This document shows, piece by piece, positions 61,270-64,000 of a stretch of DNA of 64,000 nucleotides. The position numbers were made by a program, and so were the translations under genes. The stretch is taken from positions 16,740,001-16,804,000 of the forward strand of contig JBHGNT010000014.1 of the NCBI GenBank assembly GCA_043228905.1, given 5' to 3'. This DNA is from Azolla caroliniana. Lineage: Eukaryota; Plantae; Polypodiophyta. The stretch's first letter is position 1. The number at the start of each line of letters is the position of its first letter. The notes under the pieces are model-generated. The model did not search any database. It saw only the letters and a list, made by a program, of their open reading frames with translations, and was not told where the DNA came from.

Positions 61270-63699
61270 GCATGTATGATGCCTTCGATCGAATGGCGAG
61301 AAAGAGTACTTCTTTGACGCCTTTACCACATACCTTCGACAAGAAGGCATACGAAGGGAGTTTAGTTGCAGACACACACCTCAACAGAACGAAGTAGCCG
61401 AATGCAAGAACAGGCACATACTCAAGGTGGCAAGGGAAATGATGAACGAGAAACATCTGCCAAAATCATATTGGGTTGATGCGGCAAATACGGTTGTCTA
61501 TCTAATGAACCGCCGCACAACATCAGGAGTGCACAATATTACCCCTTGCAAAAAGTTCTATGGCAAGAAACTAGATCTAACCCATGTGAGGATATTTGGT
61601 TCAATAGCATATGTACATATTCCCGATGAGAAGCGGTAGAAGCTCGACCCAAACTCGAAGAAATGTATACTCGTAGGATACTCACTCGAGCAAAAGGGGT
61701 ATAAGTGCTTCAACCCTTCCACCAAGAAGGTACAAATTATTAGGGATGTAGTACTCGACGAATCGACATCCTGTTATACGGACAAATCAACTCCATCCGA
61801 CATAGTCGAAACCGAGTTCGACATAGATGCAGAGGAGGATCGATCGGGGCCCACATAAGAGGCAAGTCCAATCTCAACCAAGTTGAGTGGACCACAAGAA
61901 CCTCCAAGCGGCCAAAGCACGTCGTGGCCTAGTCCGAAATAGGACAAAGGAAAGGCCAAAATGCCTGAGTATGAAGACTCAGATGGAAATGAATTGAACC
62001 ACTCACCAGGCAATGAGCATGGTGGACTGGATGTGCCCATCATGAGGACACCAAGAGAGCCACGTCAATCCACTTGAGAGAAGAACATAGTGTCGATTCG
62101 GCTACGACGACTACATGACATATCATTATGCATTCATGATGAAGGTGGTGATAGTCCGAGAACCGGAAACCCTTTTTGAACCCACGAAGGACCCTAGATG
62201 GGTTGAAGCGATGAATGAGGAGATGCAAGCACTCTCCAAGAACGAGACATGGGATCTTGTCCCTTCTTCGCACCATCAAAAGGCAATTGGATGCCAGTGG
62301 ATCTTCAAAGTGAAGCACAACGCTGACTGCACTATCAATCGGTACAAGGCCCAACTTGTGGCGAAGGGCTACGCACAAACATACAATGTCAATTACGAAG
62401 AGACCTTTGCCCCAATGACAATGATGACAACAATTCGAACTATGATCGCACTTACAACAACAAAAGGGTGGCACCTCCACCAAATGGACATAAAGAACGC
62501 CTTCCTACAAGGCGAATTAGACGAGGAGGTTTACATGGTGCAACCACCTGGATTCATGTCAGGTACGCATCCGACTGATGTCTCAAGTAGGCACCAAGAG
62601 CATGGCACTCGAAGATAACCCAATATCTTCATCAAATGGGCTTCAACATGTCCAAGTTCAACAACTCTTTGTTCATTCAGAGCGACTCCAGAGGACAAGT
62701 ATTTATCATCATTTACGTGGATGACTTGGTCATAGGAGGAGAGGATTTAGTAGACATTGAGCACATCAAGAAGCTCCTATCCAACCGATTTGAAATGAAA
62801 GACATGAAGGAGCGTCATTACATTCTAGGAATAGAAGTAATCTGGACTTTGAACGGCATCATGCTTTCTCAAAGGCACTATATCCTCAATCTTCTTTACA
62901 AGTTTGGGATGACACAGTGTAAGCCTGCCACTACCCCTCTCAATCGCAACCTAAAGCTAGATGCTGACTCCGGCACAAGAGAGTGTGAGCCGACACTCTA
63001 TCGACAACTAGTCGGAAGCCTCATCTAACTCACAATTACTCGACCTGACCTGAGTTATCCGGTCGACCTTCTTAGCCAGTTCATGCAAACTCCGCGAGAC
63101 ATCCATCTCGACTGTGTTAAGTGAATGTGAAGGTATTTGAGTGGAACCATGGATTTCGGCATCCTCTACAAATCGGCCACACCGACACAACTCGAAGGGT
63201 ACAGAAATGTCGATTGGGCCGGTTACAAAGCCGACAAATTATCAACGTCAGGATTCGTCTTCTCCCTCGGCAGCGGAGCCATCTCCTTGAGCAGTAAAAA
63301 GCAGTCCACGATCGCACTGTCGAGCACCGAAGCCAAATACAAGGGCGTGGTCATAGTCGCATGTGAAGCCATTTGGCTCAAGAGAATCTTGAAGGATCTG
63401 GGCGTTCCCATCAAGGATCTGATTCTCCTCTATTGCGACAATATATGAGCAACATTCACCTAACTTGAAATACAATCTTCTGCGCTCGGACCAAGCACAT
63501 TGAAGTGCAATATCACTTCATCGGAGAGTGTATTTTGGCCGGGGATGTCGATGTGCAACATATCAACATGAATCTACTAATGTCCGACATCTTCACCAAG
63601 GCCTTGGGAGTCAACAAGCTGCGGCAATTCACGACAAACCTGGGTCTTTTGACCGTCAACCAGCCAAGCTTGAGGGGGAGTAAGGAGCATCAAGAGTGA
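61270..63699 (+). pseudogene. Decayed Ty1/Copia pol (integrase, RT, RNase H)
   Basis: TPQQNEVAE, IFGSIAYVHIP, AMNEEMQAL..NETWDLVP, QMDIKNAFLQG, IYVDDL, KKQSTIALSSTEA, SDIFTKAL; several stops and frameshifts. Confidence 0.94.
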
Positions 63700-63793
63700 A
63701 CCGAACCAACCGAAACTAGAGTCGACTCAAAGCCGACCCAAAGATTAGTCTAAACCAACCATCCAACGAGCGGAAGTTGTGTTTGAAGGGGCG

Positions 63794-64000
63794 TGTTGAG
63801 GCAAACTCAACTTCCTGTGTGTGGGAACACACCTTAGGATTCTCAAGTGTGCGAACACCCCACCTCCTTGTATAGTAACTAGTGTGTCATAGAAGTTAAT
63901 GTTCTATGACACATATTCCTTAGGTAGTTAAGACATAACCTCTTTCCCAAGAGGTAGTACTAGTAAGAGAATTTAGAGAGAAGGTGACTACATAAGCACC
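63794..64000 (+). mobile_element. Start of the Copia 3' LTR (runs off the window)
   Basis: PPT-like TGAAGGGGCG followed by TGTTG at 63794. Confidence 0.75.

Overview
Eukaryotic land-plant nuclear DNA; the TE families and microsatellite style suggest a non-seed plant such as a fern, which is inference only. Bases 1-34,000 are nested retrotransposon debris: the 3' end and LTR of a Copia element inserted into an inverted sister LTR, several decayed Ty3/Gypsy (chromovirus-type) fragments, L1-clade LINEs of two families (three with clear 14-17 bp TSDs), a solo LTR and tRNA-like units. Bases ~39,400-59,600 form a microsatellite-rich gene island holding one complete gene: a DEMETER/ROS1-family 5-methylcytosine DNA glycosylase (+ strand, 18 coding exons, 45731-55787, about 1929 aa by manual splicing). 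Its catalytic K/D and 4Fe-4S cysteines are intact, but the permuted-CXXC region has lost most of its cysteines. About 4.5 kb upstream of the ATG lies a homogeneous 43/44-bp CG-containing tandem array within a 1-kb cluster of about 18 co-oriented GTCAGCA (bZIP-type) motifs, and more tandem arrays flank the gene. This is the best candidate for an undescribed system: a repeat-based methylation sensor controlling a DNA demethylase. The window ends in a decayed Copia element. All coordinates and alignments were read by eye.
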